A DNA stretch of 64,000 bases from Vicinamibacterales bacterium (lineage in GTDB: Bacteria; Acidobacteriota; Vicinamibacteria; Vicinamibacterales; SCN-69-37). The stretch lies in contig DATIWF010000116.1 of the NCBI GenBank assembly GCA_035519535.1, positions 2,953 through 66,952 on the forward strand. The letters are read 5' to 3'. The translations under genes were made by a program, and so were the position numbers. Below the pieces are notes generated by a model. It was not told the origin of the DNA, did no database searches, and worked only from the letters and a program-made list of their open reading frames with translations. Positions 1-9,014 of this stretch are shown in pieces. Within the stretch, counting starts at the first letter, position 1; every line of letters begins with the position of its first letter.

Positions 1-399
1 TTCATCTCGCCGTCGGTCGACGACACGACGCAGACGGTGCTGGTCAAGGCGCCCGTCAGCGACACCGCGCGCTTCCGCACCGACCAGTTCGTCCGCGTGC
101 GGATCGTCTGGAGCACGGTGCCGGGCCTGACGGTTCCGGTCACGGCCGTGAACCGGATCAACGGCCAGTTCTTCGTCTTCGTGGCGGAGAACGGCGGCCG
201 CGGGCTGACGGCCAAGCAGCGCGCCGTGACGCTCGGCCCCGTGACCGGCAACGAGTACGTCGTCCTCTCGGGCCTCAAGCCCGGCGAGCAGCTGATCGTC
301 TCCGGCCTCCAGAAAATCGGCGACGGCGCGCCGGTGCAGGCGATGCCGTCCGGGCCGCGCGGCGACGCGCCCGGGGCGGCGGGGCGGGGAGGCCACTAG
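1..399 (+). CDS. RND efflux periplasmic adaptor (membrane fusion protein), C-terminal fragment; 5' end lies outside the window
   Basis: The frame is open from base 1 (FISPSVDDTTQTVLVKAP...QFFVFV...VVLSGLKPGEQLIVSGLQKIGDGAPV), which is a typical MFP beta-barrel/MP-domain tail. The stop abuts the RND pump start at 400. Confidence 0.75.
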   Translation, partial: FISPSVDDTTQTVLVKAPVSDTARFRTDQFVRVRIVWSTVPGLTVPVTAVNRINGQFFVFVAENGGRGLTAKQRAVTLGPVTGNEYVVLSGLKPGEQLIVSGLQKIGDGAPVQAMPSGPRGDAPGAAGRGGH

Positions 400-3300
400 G
401 TGTTTTCCGAGCTCTTCATTCGGCGTCCGATCCTCGCCACGGTCTGCTCGCTGCTCATCATCCTGGCGGGGGCGATCTCGATTCCGGCCCTGCCGATCGC
501 GCGCTATCCCGATCTCACGCCGCCGGCGGTGACCGTGGCGGCGTTCTACACGGGCGCGAACGCGCAGGACGTGGAGAGCGCCGTGACGCTGCCCCTCGAA
601 CAGGCCATCAACGGCGCCGAGGGCATGATGCGCATCCAGTCCTCGAGCACGAACTCCGGGTTCTGCAACATCATCGTGACGTTCCAGATCGGCCGCGATC
701 CCGACCTGGCCGCCGTGGACGTGCAGAACCGCGTCAATTCGGCGCTCGGCCGCATGCCGACCGACGTGCGCACGAACGGCATCGTCGTCACGAAGAACAC
801 GACGGGCTTCCTGGGCGGCATCGGGTTCTTCTCGCCGGACAACCGGTACGACTCGCTGTTCATCAGCAACTACCTCGATCAGTACGTCCGCGACGCCGTC
901 AAGCGCGTGCCGGGCGTCGGCAACGTCATCATCTTCGGCGAGCGCAAGTTCGCGATGCGCCTCTGGCTCGACCCGGACAGGCTCGCGGGCCGCGGGCTGA
1001 CGGCGAGCGACGTCGTGAACGCGCTGCGCGAGCAGAACGTGCAGGTGGCGGCCGGCAGCGTCGGCGACATGCCGTCCGGGCCGGATCAGCTCTACCAGAT
1101 CAGCGTGAAGGTGCAGGGCCGGCTCACCGACGTGCCGGCGTTCGAGAACGTCGTCGTCAAGGCCGGCCGGGACGGCGCGCTCGTCCGGGTCAAGGACGTC
1201 GGCCGGGTCGAGCTCGGCGCGGAGAACTACTCCTCCTGGCTGCGCTTCGGCGGCCTGGAGGCGTCGGGCATCGGGATCCAGCTCCTGCCCTCCGCCAACG
1301 CCCTCGAAGTGTTCACGGGCGTCATGGACACGATGGCCCGGCTCGAGAAGAACTTCCCGCCCGGGCTCGAGTGGCGGCTGGCGTTCGACAACGTCGGCGT
1401 CGTGCGCGAGTCGATCATCGAGGTGCTGAAGACGCTCGCCGAGGCCATCGGCCTCGTCATCCTCGTGATGTTCCTGTTCCTGCAGAGCTGGCGCGCGACG
1501 ATCATTCCGGCGGTGACGATCCCGGTCTCACTCGTTGGGACGTTCGCCTTCGTCAAGCTCTTCAACTTCTCGATCAACACGCTCACGCTCTTCGGCATCG
1601 TGCTCGCGACGGGCATCGTCGTCGACGACGCGATTGTCGTGATCGAGAACGTGGAGCGGCACATGCGCGAGTACAACAAGAGCGCGTATCGTGCCGCGCT
1701 CGACGCGATGACCGAGGTGTTCTCGGCGGTCGTCGTCATCGGCGTCGTGCTCGTGTCGGTGTTCGTGCCGGTCGCGTTCTTCCCGGGCACGACGGGCCGC
1801 ATGTACCAGCAGTTCTCGCTGACGATTGCGTTTGCCGTCGTGCTGTCGGTCTTCAACGCCGTGACGTTCACGCCGGCGCTGTCGGCGCTGCTGCTCGACA
1901 AGGAGAGCCACTCGCATCGCGGGCTCTTTGCCGTGATCAACCGCGTCATCGACGCGGGGACCGCGCTGTACGTGCGGACGGTCCGCGTGGCGCTTCGCGG
2001 GCGGTGGGTGATGCTGCTGCTCTTCGTGGCCGCGCTCTGGGGCACATGGAAGATCTACAACCTCGTGCCGACGTCCTTCGTGCCAGACGAGGACGAGGGC
2101 TACTTCATCACGATCATCCAGGCGCCGGCCGGCGCGTCGCTGCAGTACACGATGAACATCGCGATGCAGGCCGAGCAGGTGATTTCCGCGCAGCCCGAGG
2201 TCGCCGCGGTGTTCTCGGTCGCGGGCTTCAGCTTCAGCGGGTCGGCGCCGAACCAGGGCCTCATGTTCACGCGGCTCAAGGACTACGCCGAGCGGCGCGA
2301 TCCGAGCCACTCGCTGGCCCAGGTCATCAACCGCATCCGGGGACCGCTGCTCGGGGGGATCACCGGCGCGCTGGTCATCCCCGTGGCGCCGCCGGCGATC
2401 CAGGGCCTGTCCGCGTTCGGCGGGTTTCAGTTCGAGCTGCTGGACCAGACGGGCGGCGACATCAACAACCTGGCGGCCGTGACGTACGGGATCATCGGCC
2501 GCGGCAACCAGTCCGGCAAGGTCGCGGGCCTGTTCAGCAGCTTCACCGCGAACGACCCGCAGATCGTCGTCGAGCTCGACCGGGACAAGGCGCGGAGCCT
2601 GGGGCTGCCGATTCGCGAGGTGACCGACGCGCTCTCGGTGCTGCTCGGGTCGTCGTACGTGAACGACTTCGACTTCAACAACCGGGCCTACCGCGTCTAC
2701 GTGCAGGCGCAGGATCGCTACCGCGCGTCGGCCAGCAACCTGCGGCAGTACTACGCGCGCGCGTCGAACGGGCGGATGGTCTCGCTCGATACCGTCGTCC
2801 GGCTGCACGAATCGACCGCGCCGGCCGTCATCAGCCACTTCAACCTGTTCCGCTCGACCGAAATCACCGGCGCTGCGGTGCCGGGCGTGAGCTCGGGCCA
2901 GGCGCTGCAGGTCATGGATCAGATCGCCAGGGACAGCCTGCCGTCGGGGTTCTCGTACGAGTGGTCCGGGCAGGCCCTCGAGGAGATCAAGGCCGGTTCC
3001 CAGTCGATCTTCATCTTCGGTCTCAGCCTGCTCATCGTTTATCTTGTGCTCGCCGCGCAGTACGAGAGCTGGGTGCTGCCGTTCATCATTCTGCTGGGCG
3101 TGCCGCTCGCGGTGCTCGGGGCGCTTTCGGCGCAGCTCCTGCGCGGCTTCGCCAACGACGTGTTTTGTCAGGTCGGGCTCGTCATGCTCATCGGCCTCGC
3201 GGCCAAGAATTCGATCCTGATCGTGGAGTTCGCCGAGCAGCTGCGCGAGCATGGGAGGTCGATCATCGACGCCGCCGTCGAGTCGGCGCGCATCCGCCTC

Positions 3301-3549
3301 CGTCCCATTCTGATGACCTCGTTTGCCTTCATCCTCGGCGTCATGCCGCTCGCGCTCGCGACCGGCGCCGGATCGGCGGCCCGCAATTCGGTCGGCACCG
3401 CCGTCGCCGGCGGCATGGTCGCGTCCACGTTCCTCTCGGTCGTCTTCATCCCCGTCCTCTACGTCGCGATTCGGACGATCGCGCCGGGACGCGGGTCGCG
3501 CGGCCATCGCGACGAGGCGCCGACTGCTCCGGGAGGGTCCCATGTCTAG
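400..3549 (+). CDS. RND family multidrug efflux pump, inner-membrane permease (AcrB/AcrD/AcrF family)
   Basis: 1049 aa. The N-terminus FIRRPILATV, 12-TM architecture and conserved GIVVDDAIVVIENVERH and AAKNSILIVEFA motifs are present. GTG start follows directly after the adaptor stop. Confidence 0.95.
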   Translation: MFSELFIRRPILATVCSLLIILAGAISIPALPIARYPDLTPPAVTVAAFYTGANAQDVESAVTLPLEQAINGAEGMMRIQSSSTNSGFCNIIVTFQIGRDPDLAAVDVQNRVNSALGRMPTDVRTNGIVVTKNTTGFLGGIGFFSPDNRYDSLFISNYLDQYVRDAVKRVPGVGNVIIFGERKFAMRLWLDPDRLAGRGLTASDVVNALREQNVQVAAGSVGDMPSGPDQLYQISVKVQGRLTDVPAFENVVVKAGRDGALVRVKDVGRVELGAENYSSWLRFGGLEASGIGIQLLPSANALEVFTGVMDTMARLEKNFPPGLEWRLAFDNVGVVRESIIEVLKTLAEAIGLVILVMFLFLQSWRATIIPAVTIPVSLVGTFAFVKLFNFSINTLTLFGIVLATGIVVDDAIVVIENVERHMREYNKSAYRAALDAMTEVFSAVVVIGVVLVSVFVPVAFFPGTTGRMYQQFSLTIAFAVVLSVFNAVTFTPALSALLLDKESHSHRGLFAVINRVIDAGTALYVRTVRVALRGRWVMLLLFVAALWGTWKIYNLVPTSFVPDEDEGYFITIIQAPAGASLQYTMNIAMQAEQVISAQPEVAAVFSVAGFSFSGSAPNQGLMFTRLKDYAERRDPSHSLAQVINRIRGPLLGGITGALVIPVAPPAIQGLSAFGGFQFELLDQTGGDINNLAAVTYGIIGRGNQSGKVAGLFSSFTANDPQIVVELDRDKARSLGLPIREVTDALSVLLGSSYVNDFDFNNRAYRVYVQAQDRYRASASNLRQYYARASNGRMVSLDTVVRLHESTAPAVISHFNLFRSTEITGAAVPGVSSGQALQVMDQIARDSLPSGFSYEWSGQALEEIKAGSQSIFIFGLSLLIVYLVLAAQYESWVLPFIILLGVPLAVLGALSAQLLRGFANDVFCQVGLVMLIGLAAKNSILIVEFAEQLREHGRSIIDAAVESARIRLRPILMTSFAFILGVMPLALATGAGSAARNSVGTAVAGGMVASTFLSVVFIPVLYVAIRTIAPGRGSRGHRDEAPTAPGGSHV

Positions 3550-4846
3550 ATCGGTGGCGCCCGCGCTCATCCTGATGGTCGGGTGGGCCGCGACGGCGTT
3601 CGGCCAGTCGCCGGCCGCGCCGCGGCCGCAGACGGCGCCGACGGCGCCGGCGATGCTGCAGATGTCGCTCGATGAGGCCGTGCGCCGCGCGCTGGAGCGC
3701 AACCCCACGGTCGCGATCGCGGTGACCAACGTCACGCGCGCCGAACATCTCTTCGAGCAGTCCCGCGCGGTGACGCTGCCCTTTGTCGGCGCCGGCGTCG
3801 TCAGCACGACCTACAACGCGTCACGGGGCTTCAACGGCCAGACCTTCCAGCCGCAGAGTCAGCTGTCGATTCAGGGCCAGGTGTCCATGCCGGTGCTGGC
3901 GGCGTCGCAGTGGGCCGCGGTGGGGCAGGCGCGCGACCAGATCGGCGTCGCACAGCTCTCGACGGCCGAGGTGCGGCAGCAGGTGGCGGTCGCGACCGCC
4001 GAGGCCTATCTCGCGGTCATCGCCGCCCATCGTCAGGTGGACGTCGAGGCGCGCGCGCTCGACAACGCCAAGGCGCACCTCGACTACGCGCAGAAGCGCC
4101 TCGAGGGCGGGGTCGGCAGCCGGCTCAACCAGCTGCGCGCGGCGCAGGCCGTCTCCACCGAGGAGACGAGGCTCGAGGCGCTCCAGATCGCCCTGCTTCG
4201 CGCGCAGGAGGGCCTCGGCGTGCTGGTCATCGAGAACGGCCCCGTAGACGCCGCGACCGATCCGGCGTTCGAGGTGCCGACGGCCGTGACCGAGGCCGAG
4301 TGGATGGCGGCACGCCCCGACATCCGGTTCCAGCAGTCGGTGCAGGCGGCCGCGGAGCGCGTCGTGCGGGACAGCTGGCGCGACTGGCTGCCGACGGCCA
4401 ACGCCAATTTCGTCCCGGCCTACGTCACGCCCGCGGGACTCTTCCAGCCCTCCAAGGCGTGGACGCTCACGATCGCCCTCACGCAGCCGATCTACGAGGG
4501 CGGCGAGCGGAAGGCGCTCAAGGGGCTGCGCGAGGTCACGCTTGATCAGTCGAAGCTGCAGCTGACCAACCTCGAAGTCCAGGCGCGCTCCGAAGTGCGC
4601 GTGAGCCAGCAGGCGCTCGAGAGCTTCGAGCGCGCGCTGGTGAGCGCGCGCCAGGCTGCCGACCAGGCGAACGAGGTCCTGCGCATCACGACGCTGGCCT
4701 TCGAAGTCGGCGCGACGACCAACCTCGAGGTGATCGACGCGCAGCGCGAGGCGCGCGATACGGAGACCGCGCGGGCGCTCGCCGAGGACGGCGTGCGGCG
4801 GGCGCAGCTCGACCTGCTCGTCGCGCTCGGCCGGTTTCCGAAGTAG
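3542..4846 (+). CDS. TolC-like outer membrane efflux factor
   Basis: ATG at 3542 overlaps the pump stop by 8 nt. Signal peptide MSRSVAPALILMVGWAATAFGQ is followed by the LDEAVRRALERNPTV motif and two coiled-coil/beta repeats typical of the OEP family. The upstream part of track ORF 3323.. overlaps the pump and was discarded. Confidence 0.85.
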   Translation: MSRSVAPALILMVGWAATAFGQSPAAPRPQTAPTAPAMLQMSLDEAVRRALERNPTVAIAVTNVTRAEHLFEQSRAVTLPFVGAGVVSTTYNASRGFNGQTFQPQSQLSIQGQVSMPVLAASQWAAVGQARDQIGVAQLSTAEVRQQVAVATAEAYLAVIAAHRQVDVEARALDNAKAHLDYAQKRLEGGVGSRLNQLRAAQAVSTEETRLEALQIALLRAQEGLGVLVIENGPVDAATDPAFEVPTAVTEAEWMAARPDIRFQQSVQAAAERVVRDSWRDWLPTANANFVPAYVTPAGLFQPSKAWTLTIALTQPIYEGGERKALKGLREVTLDQSKLQLTNLEVQARSEVRVSQQALESFERALVSARQAADQANEVLRITTLAFEVGATTNLEVIDAQREARDTETARALAEDGVRRAQLDLLVALGRFPK

Positions 4847-4971
4847 GCCGGCGATCTCAAAGCTGAAAGCCCAATCCTGAAAGCCGCCCGCCGGAATCTT
4901 CCGGGCCTGGCAGGCGACACTCGGTCTGGCGGGCCCCGCCGGGCGGCACGAGATTCGCTCCAGACGGGAGC

Positions 4972-5979
4972 ATGGCAAGAGTGTGTTCAAGCGTCGCGCT
5001 CCTCCTGGCCGTCTTCGTGGCCGGGTGCGACTTTCAGAAGACCACGTCAATCACGGCGCCGTCCGCCACGTCCTCGGGCGTGCCGTCGTCGGCCGTCGGC
5101 ACGCTGCTCGGGCTGTGGACGTCGTCGGCCAGCTCCGACAAGGGCTGCGGCGACTTCAAGTGGGCGATTACGTCTCAGACCGACAAGGGCGTGTCGGGCA
5201 ACTTCTCCGCCACGTGTCTCGGGTCGATTCCGATCGCCGGCACGGCGACCGGCCAGCTCATGGGTACGACCGTGCCGCTGACCTTGACCGGCACCGCCAC
5301 GCTGCCCATTGGTCCGTGCAGTTTCTCGTTCACCGGAACCGGGTACATCGAGAACGGCGGCGACTCGCTGAGGATTCCGTACGCCGGCACGACGTGCCTT
5401 GGCCCGATTTCGGGCGAGGAGACGCTGCACCGGCCCGTGGAGGCGGCGCCCGCGCCGCCGCCGCCGTCCGATCCGCCTCCGCCGCCCCCGCCTCCGCCGG
5501 ACGCGCCCCCGCCTCCGCCGCAGTCGGCCGACCAGTTTGATCTGAATCAGGTGACGATCGTCCGCGGGCCGAGCAACATCGGCGGGTGGCCGCAGACCTC
5601 GCTCGTGACGGGCACGCAGGCGGTCGACCACAGCTTGTGCATCTGGCACACGAAGCTCGGCCAGTGGCCGGCCACGTTCTTCTTCGACGATCCCAACACG
5701 CTGGTCGAGGGCAACCAGTGGATCTTCGCCAGCATCAATGGCCGCTGGTACGGCGGCGCCGGCGATTGGTACCGGCCCGGACAGGCGTGCAAGGACGTGA
5801 CGCCGCAGACGATCGCGCACGACGCGTTCTACAACGACAGTGAAGAGCCGCTGCGGTCGTGGGTGCCGCGGCCCGGCGAGGTCTTTGGCCTGATGTCGAG
5901 CACGCCCGCGCGCGCGTGGCCGACGATGAGCACGGTCGACGAGCGGAGCAACGTCGTGCTCGTGCGGTGGGGCGGCTAA
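4972..5979 (+). CDS. Uncharacterised lipoprotein: Cys-containing N-domain, ~30-residue polyproline linker, unknown C-domain
   Basis: Lipobox LAVFVAGC, SD-like GGGAG upstream and GC3-rich codons. The linker reads APAPPPPSDPPPPPPPPPDAPPPPPQ. I recognise no family. Confidence 0.7.
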   Translation: MARVCSSVALLLAVFVAGCDFQKTTSITAPSATSSGVPSSAVGTLLGLWTSSASSDKGCGDFKWAITSQTDKGVSGNFSATCLGSIPIAGTATGQLMGTTVPLTLTGTATLPIGPCSFSFTGTGYIENGGDSLRIPYAGTTCLGPISGEETLHRPVEAAPAPPPPSDPPPPPPPPPDAPPPPPQSADQFDLNQVTIVRGPSNIGGWPQTSLVTGTQAVDHSLCIWHTKLGQWPATFFFDDPNTLVEGNQWIFASINGRWYGGAGDWYRPGQACKDVTPQTIAHDAFYNDSEEPLRSWVPRPGEVFGLMSSTPARAWPTMSTVDERSNVVLVRWGG

Positions 5980-6011
5980 GCTTGCCCGCCGCGTCGCCTC
6001 GCGTTGACACC

Positions 6012-6040
6012 GGCGGTGGATGCGCACAGCATCCGCCGCC
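6012..6040 (+). terminator. Stem-loop downstream of the lipoprotein gene (12 bp stem including one G-U pair, 5-nt loop)
   Basis: ggcggtggatgc-gcaca-gcatccgccgcc lies 33 nt after the stop. The U-tract is weak (actcttgt). TTGTAC-N17-GATAAT (6045-6073) follows and may be the promoter of the next gene. Confidence 0.4.
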
Positions 6041-6087
6041 ACTCTTGTACGACAACCTCCCGTAAGGGATAATGAGCGGATATTGCG

Positions 6088-6762
6088 ATGGCACTTGAGG
6101 ATCGACTGCGCGAGACGATCGACGAATTTCTGATGCGGATGCGCCAGGAGCTCGAGCTGCACGGCCAGCGCCTGGGCCGCGACGCGTCGGCGCTCGTCGC
6201 GCGCGGGCCGCAGGCGGGTGCGGCCGACGCGATGGCCGACGTCAGCCGCGTCGAGGTGTTCCGCCGCCTCCTGGCAGCCGTGCGTCAGATCGATTCGGCG
6301 GCCTCGCTCAAGGGCGTGCTCGAAGCACTGTCGCGCGGCGCGAAGAGCGAGGCCTCGCGTGTCGCGCTGCTGCTCGTCGATCACGAGAAGCTGCGGTGCT
6401 GGGGGCACTTCGGGTTCGGGGCCGCCGACGCGCCGTTCGACATGGTGGTGGCCGCCGACAGCCGGCTGGCCACAGCCGTCGGTGAGAAGCGCACCGTGCA
6501 GGTGACCGCCCAGCCGCAGGGGGCCGGCGCGGTGACGCCGGACTTCATGCGCGTGCCTTCCGGCCACACCGGTGTCATCTCTCCTCTTGTCGTCGGCGAC
6601 AACGTCGTCGCGCTGCTGTACGCGGACGGGCCCGAGCGGTCGCTCGGCAGGAACCCGAGCGCGATCTGGATCGAGCAGGTCGAAATCCTCGTGCGCCACG
6701 CGGCGGTCCGGCTCGAGAACCTGACATCGTTGCGGACCGTCGAGGTTTTCAGTCAACCTTAG
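6088..6762 (+). CDS. GAF-domain protein with N-terminal coiled-coil segment
   Basis: 224 aa. The pattern LLAAVRQIDSAASLKGVLEAL...VALLLVD...VISPLVVGDNVVALLYAD resembles a GAF fold. No output domain is present. Confidence 0.65.
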   Translation: MALEDRLRETIDEFLMRMRQELELHGQRLGRDASALVARGPQAGAADAMADVSRVEVFRRLLAAVRQIDSAASLKGVLEALSRGAKSEASRVALLLVDHEKLRCWGHFGFGAADAPFDMVVAADSRLATAVGEKRTVQVTAQPQGAGAVTPDFMRVPSGHTGVISPLVVGDNVVALLYADGPERSLGRNPSAIWIEQVEILVRHAAVRLENLTSLRTVEVFSQP

Positions 6763-6769
6763 AGTCACG

Positions 6770-8920
6770 ATGGCACTCCGGACGGTCCTGCGACACGGTG
6801 GCGCGGCGCTCGCATTCGCCGCATGGCTCGCAGGAACGCCTGGCACCACCCAGGCGCTGCAATCGACGCCGCCGGCGGCCGGCGACCTCTGGCTCGCCCC
6901 GCCGGCCAGCCTGGCCAAGAGCGCGGCGCTCGGCGAGGCCGTGGCGAATCTGGCGGCAGGGAAGGTCTCGCTGGCCGAGCCGGTCTTTGCCGCCGCGACG
7001 CGCGATCCCGTGCTCGGCGGCTACGCGCTCCTGTACCTCGGCCGCGCGCAGCTGGCCAGGGGCCGCGCCACGGACGCTGCGTACTCCGCCCAGCAAGTGC
7101 TCCGATCCGTACCTGCCGGCCGTCTTGAAGAGTCAGCCCTGTGGCTGGCGGCGGACGCCGCCGACGCCGCGCGCGACTGGCCCGCAGAGATTCGCGCGCT
7201 CGAGGCGCTGACGACCGAGGCCGGCGTGCCCGAGCAGGCGTGGCTGCGGCTCGGCCAGGCGCAGGCCAGTGCGGGCGACCGGCCCGCTGCGCTTCGAGCG
7301 TTTGCCAAGGTCTACTACGACTTCGCGCTCACCGACCAGGCCGGCGACGCCGCCGACGCGATGGTGAAGCTCGGCGTATCGCCGTCGGTGTCGAAGCCCG
7401 AGAGCTACGCGCTCGACCTCGGTCGCGCGCAGCAGTTGTTCGGCGCCAGGCGCTACAGCGACGCCCGTAAGGCATTCGACGCCCTGCGGCCGCTCGCGAA
7501 GAACGACGACCGCTCGCTCGTGAGCCTGCGCCTCGCCGAGTGCGACTACGGACTGAAGCGATACGTCGCCGCGCGCGATGCCCTGCGGTCTGCCATCGAC
7601 CATGCCGGCCCTCTCGTGCTGGAGGCGCAGTTCTACTACCTCTCGACCGTTCGAGAGCTCGGGCGGAGCGAGGAATACATCGGCCTCGCTCGAGCCTTCG
7701 TCGCCGCCAATCCGGCCTCGCCGCTGGCCGAGGAGACGTTGAACGACCTCGGCACGTACTTCATCCGCCAGGACGACGACGCTGCCGCGGCGGCCGTGTT
7801 CGCGGACCTCTTCCACAGCTACCGGACCGGCGCGCACGCCGACCGCGCGGCATGGAAGGCGGGATGGTGGGCCTTCCGCAACGCGGATTACAGCGGCGCC
7901 ATCTCGATCTTCAGCGAGGCCACCACGTTCTTGCGCCGCTCGGACTACCGGCCGAGCTGGCTCTACTGGACCGCGCGGGCCCAGGCGGCGCTCGGAGAGC
8001 GGGACGCCGCGCTCGACACCTACCGGGTCGTCGTTGCCGACTATCGCAACTCCTACTACGGGCGCGAGGCCGCGCAGGCGATCGAGCGTCTGCAGGAGGC
8101 GTCCGGCCCGGCGGGTGTCTCGCCGGTGTCGCCCGCCCGCCGCGACATTCCGCCGACGATCGTGGCGGGTCCGGCGCCGCAGAACGCGCCGCTCATCCGG
8201 GCGCTGCTCTCCGCCGGGCTGTACGACGACGCGATCGCCGAGCTGCGACGCGTGCAACGCGAGCAGGGCACGTCGCCGCTCATCGAAGCCACGATTGCCT
8301 ACGCGCTCAACCGGCGCGGAGATTTGCGCCCGGGCATCACGGCGATGCGCCACGCGTACCCGCAGTTCATCGCCGAGGGCGGCGAGGGCCTGCCGTCGAG
8401 CATCCTGACCGTGATCTTTCCGGTCGACTACTGGAGCCAGATCTACAAGTACGCGACGGCGAGGTCGCTCGATCCGTATCTGATGGCCGCCCTCATCGCG
8501 CAGGAATCCACGTTCGACGCGAGCGCCAAGTCCGGCGCGAACGCGTGGGGCCTGATGCAGGTGCTGCCGTCCACCGGGCGGCAGTATGCGCAGCGGCTCG
8601 GCATCCGGCCGTTCCGTACGACGCGGCTGACCGAGCCCGACACGAACTTGCGCATCGGGATGGCCTATTTCGCGGATCTGGTCCGCCAGTTCGGTGACGT
8701 CGTGCCGGCGCTCGCGGCCTACAACGCCGGCGAGGAGCGGGCGTCGCGATGGCTGGCCGAGCGGCCGGGCCTTGGGCGCGACGAATTCATCGACGACATC
8801 CCGTTCCCTGAAACGCAGAATTACATCAAGCGCATCATTGGACAGGCGGAGGACTATCGGCTGCTGTATCGTAGACCTGGTCCGGACATGGAAATCAAGC
8901 CTGGAAATCAAGCCGGGTAA
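6770..8920 (+). CDS. slt: Soluble lytic murein transglycosylase (Slt70-like: superhelical N-domain plus SLT domain)
   Basis: 716 aa with a signal peptide. The C-terminal catalytic motifs AALIAQESTFDASAKSGANAWGLMQVLPSTG and AAYNAG are present. Confidence 0.85.
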   Translation: MALRTVLRHGGAALAFAAWLAGTPGTTQALQSTPPAAGDLWLAPPASLAKSAALGEAVANLAAGKVSLAEPVFAAATRDPVLGGYALLYLGRAQLARGRATDAAYSAQQVLRSVPAGRLEESALWLAADAADAARDWPAEIRALEALTTEAGVPEQAWLRLGQAQASAGDRPAALRAFAKVYYDFALTDQAGDAADAMVKLGVSPSVSKPESYALDLGRAQQLFGARRYSDARKAFDALRPLAKNDDRSLVSLRLAECDYGLKRYVAARDALRSAIDHAGPLVLEAQFYYLSTVRELGRSEEYIGLARAFVAANPASPLAEETLNDLGTYFIRQDDDAAAAAVFADLFHSYRTGAHADRAAWKAGWWAFRNADYSGAISIFSEATTFLRRSDYRPSWLYWTARAQAALGERDAALDTYRVVVADYRNSYYGREAAQAIERLQEASGPAGVSPVSPARRDIPPTIVAGPAPQNAPLIRALLSAGLYDDAIAELRRVQREQGTSPLIEATIAYALNRRGDLRPGITAMRHAYPQFIAEGGEGLPSSILTVIFPVDYWSQIYKYATARSLDPYLMAALIAQESTFDASAKSGANAWGLMQVLPSTGRQYAQRLGIRPFRTTRLTEPDTNLRIGMAYFADLVRQFGDVVPALAAYNAGEERASRWLAERPGLGRDEFIDDIPFPETQNYIKRIIGQAEDYRLLYRRPGPDMEIKPGNQAG

Positions 8921-9000
8921 GTGGAAATCAAGCCGGGTATATTTTTACGAAATCCGCAAAAAATATACGCAAAAATATACCCGGCTTGATTTCCATGTCC
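8884..9000. repeat. Composite direct/inverted repeat element with AT-rich core
   Basis: GGAAATCAAGCC occurs three times in direct orientation (8890, 8903, 8923), with an inverted copy at 8983-8994. The 18-bp arms GGACATGGAAATCAAGCC (8884-8901) and its reverse complement (8983-9000) flank the element. The core contains CGCAAAAAATATA/CGCAAAAATATA. Confidence 0.85.
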
Positions 9001-9014
9001 GCCGGCCAGGAGCC

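Noticed and set aside
3323-3541. N-terminal extension of the TolC-like ORF; similar 5' extensions occur for ORFs 8694, 14158, 28411, 43892, 45625, 46455 and 53554
   Set aside because: These extensions overlap the preceding gene in another frame and are Arg/Ser/Pro-rich. Internal starts with signal peptides, SD sites or 4-nt stop/start overlaps fit far better.
1528-3807. 759-aa minus-strand ORF antisense to the RND pump. The same class includes 1371..3575 +, 5047..6918 -, 7133..8911 -, 8928..10232 -, 12499..13683 +, 13508..15130 -, 15295..16872 -, 19597..21636 +, 19628..21880 -, 24367..25866 +, 41920..43707 -, 43746..44963 -, 45107..46540 -, 46914..48221 -, 49040..51565 +, 50079..52517 -, 53246..54808 -, 56047..57753 +, 58397..60043 + and others.
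   Set aside because: These are Arg/Ala/Gly/Pro-rich translations with no recognisable motifs. Each lies opposite to, or out of frame with, a gene that carries clear family motifs. Long stop-free antisense frames are expected at this GC content.
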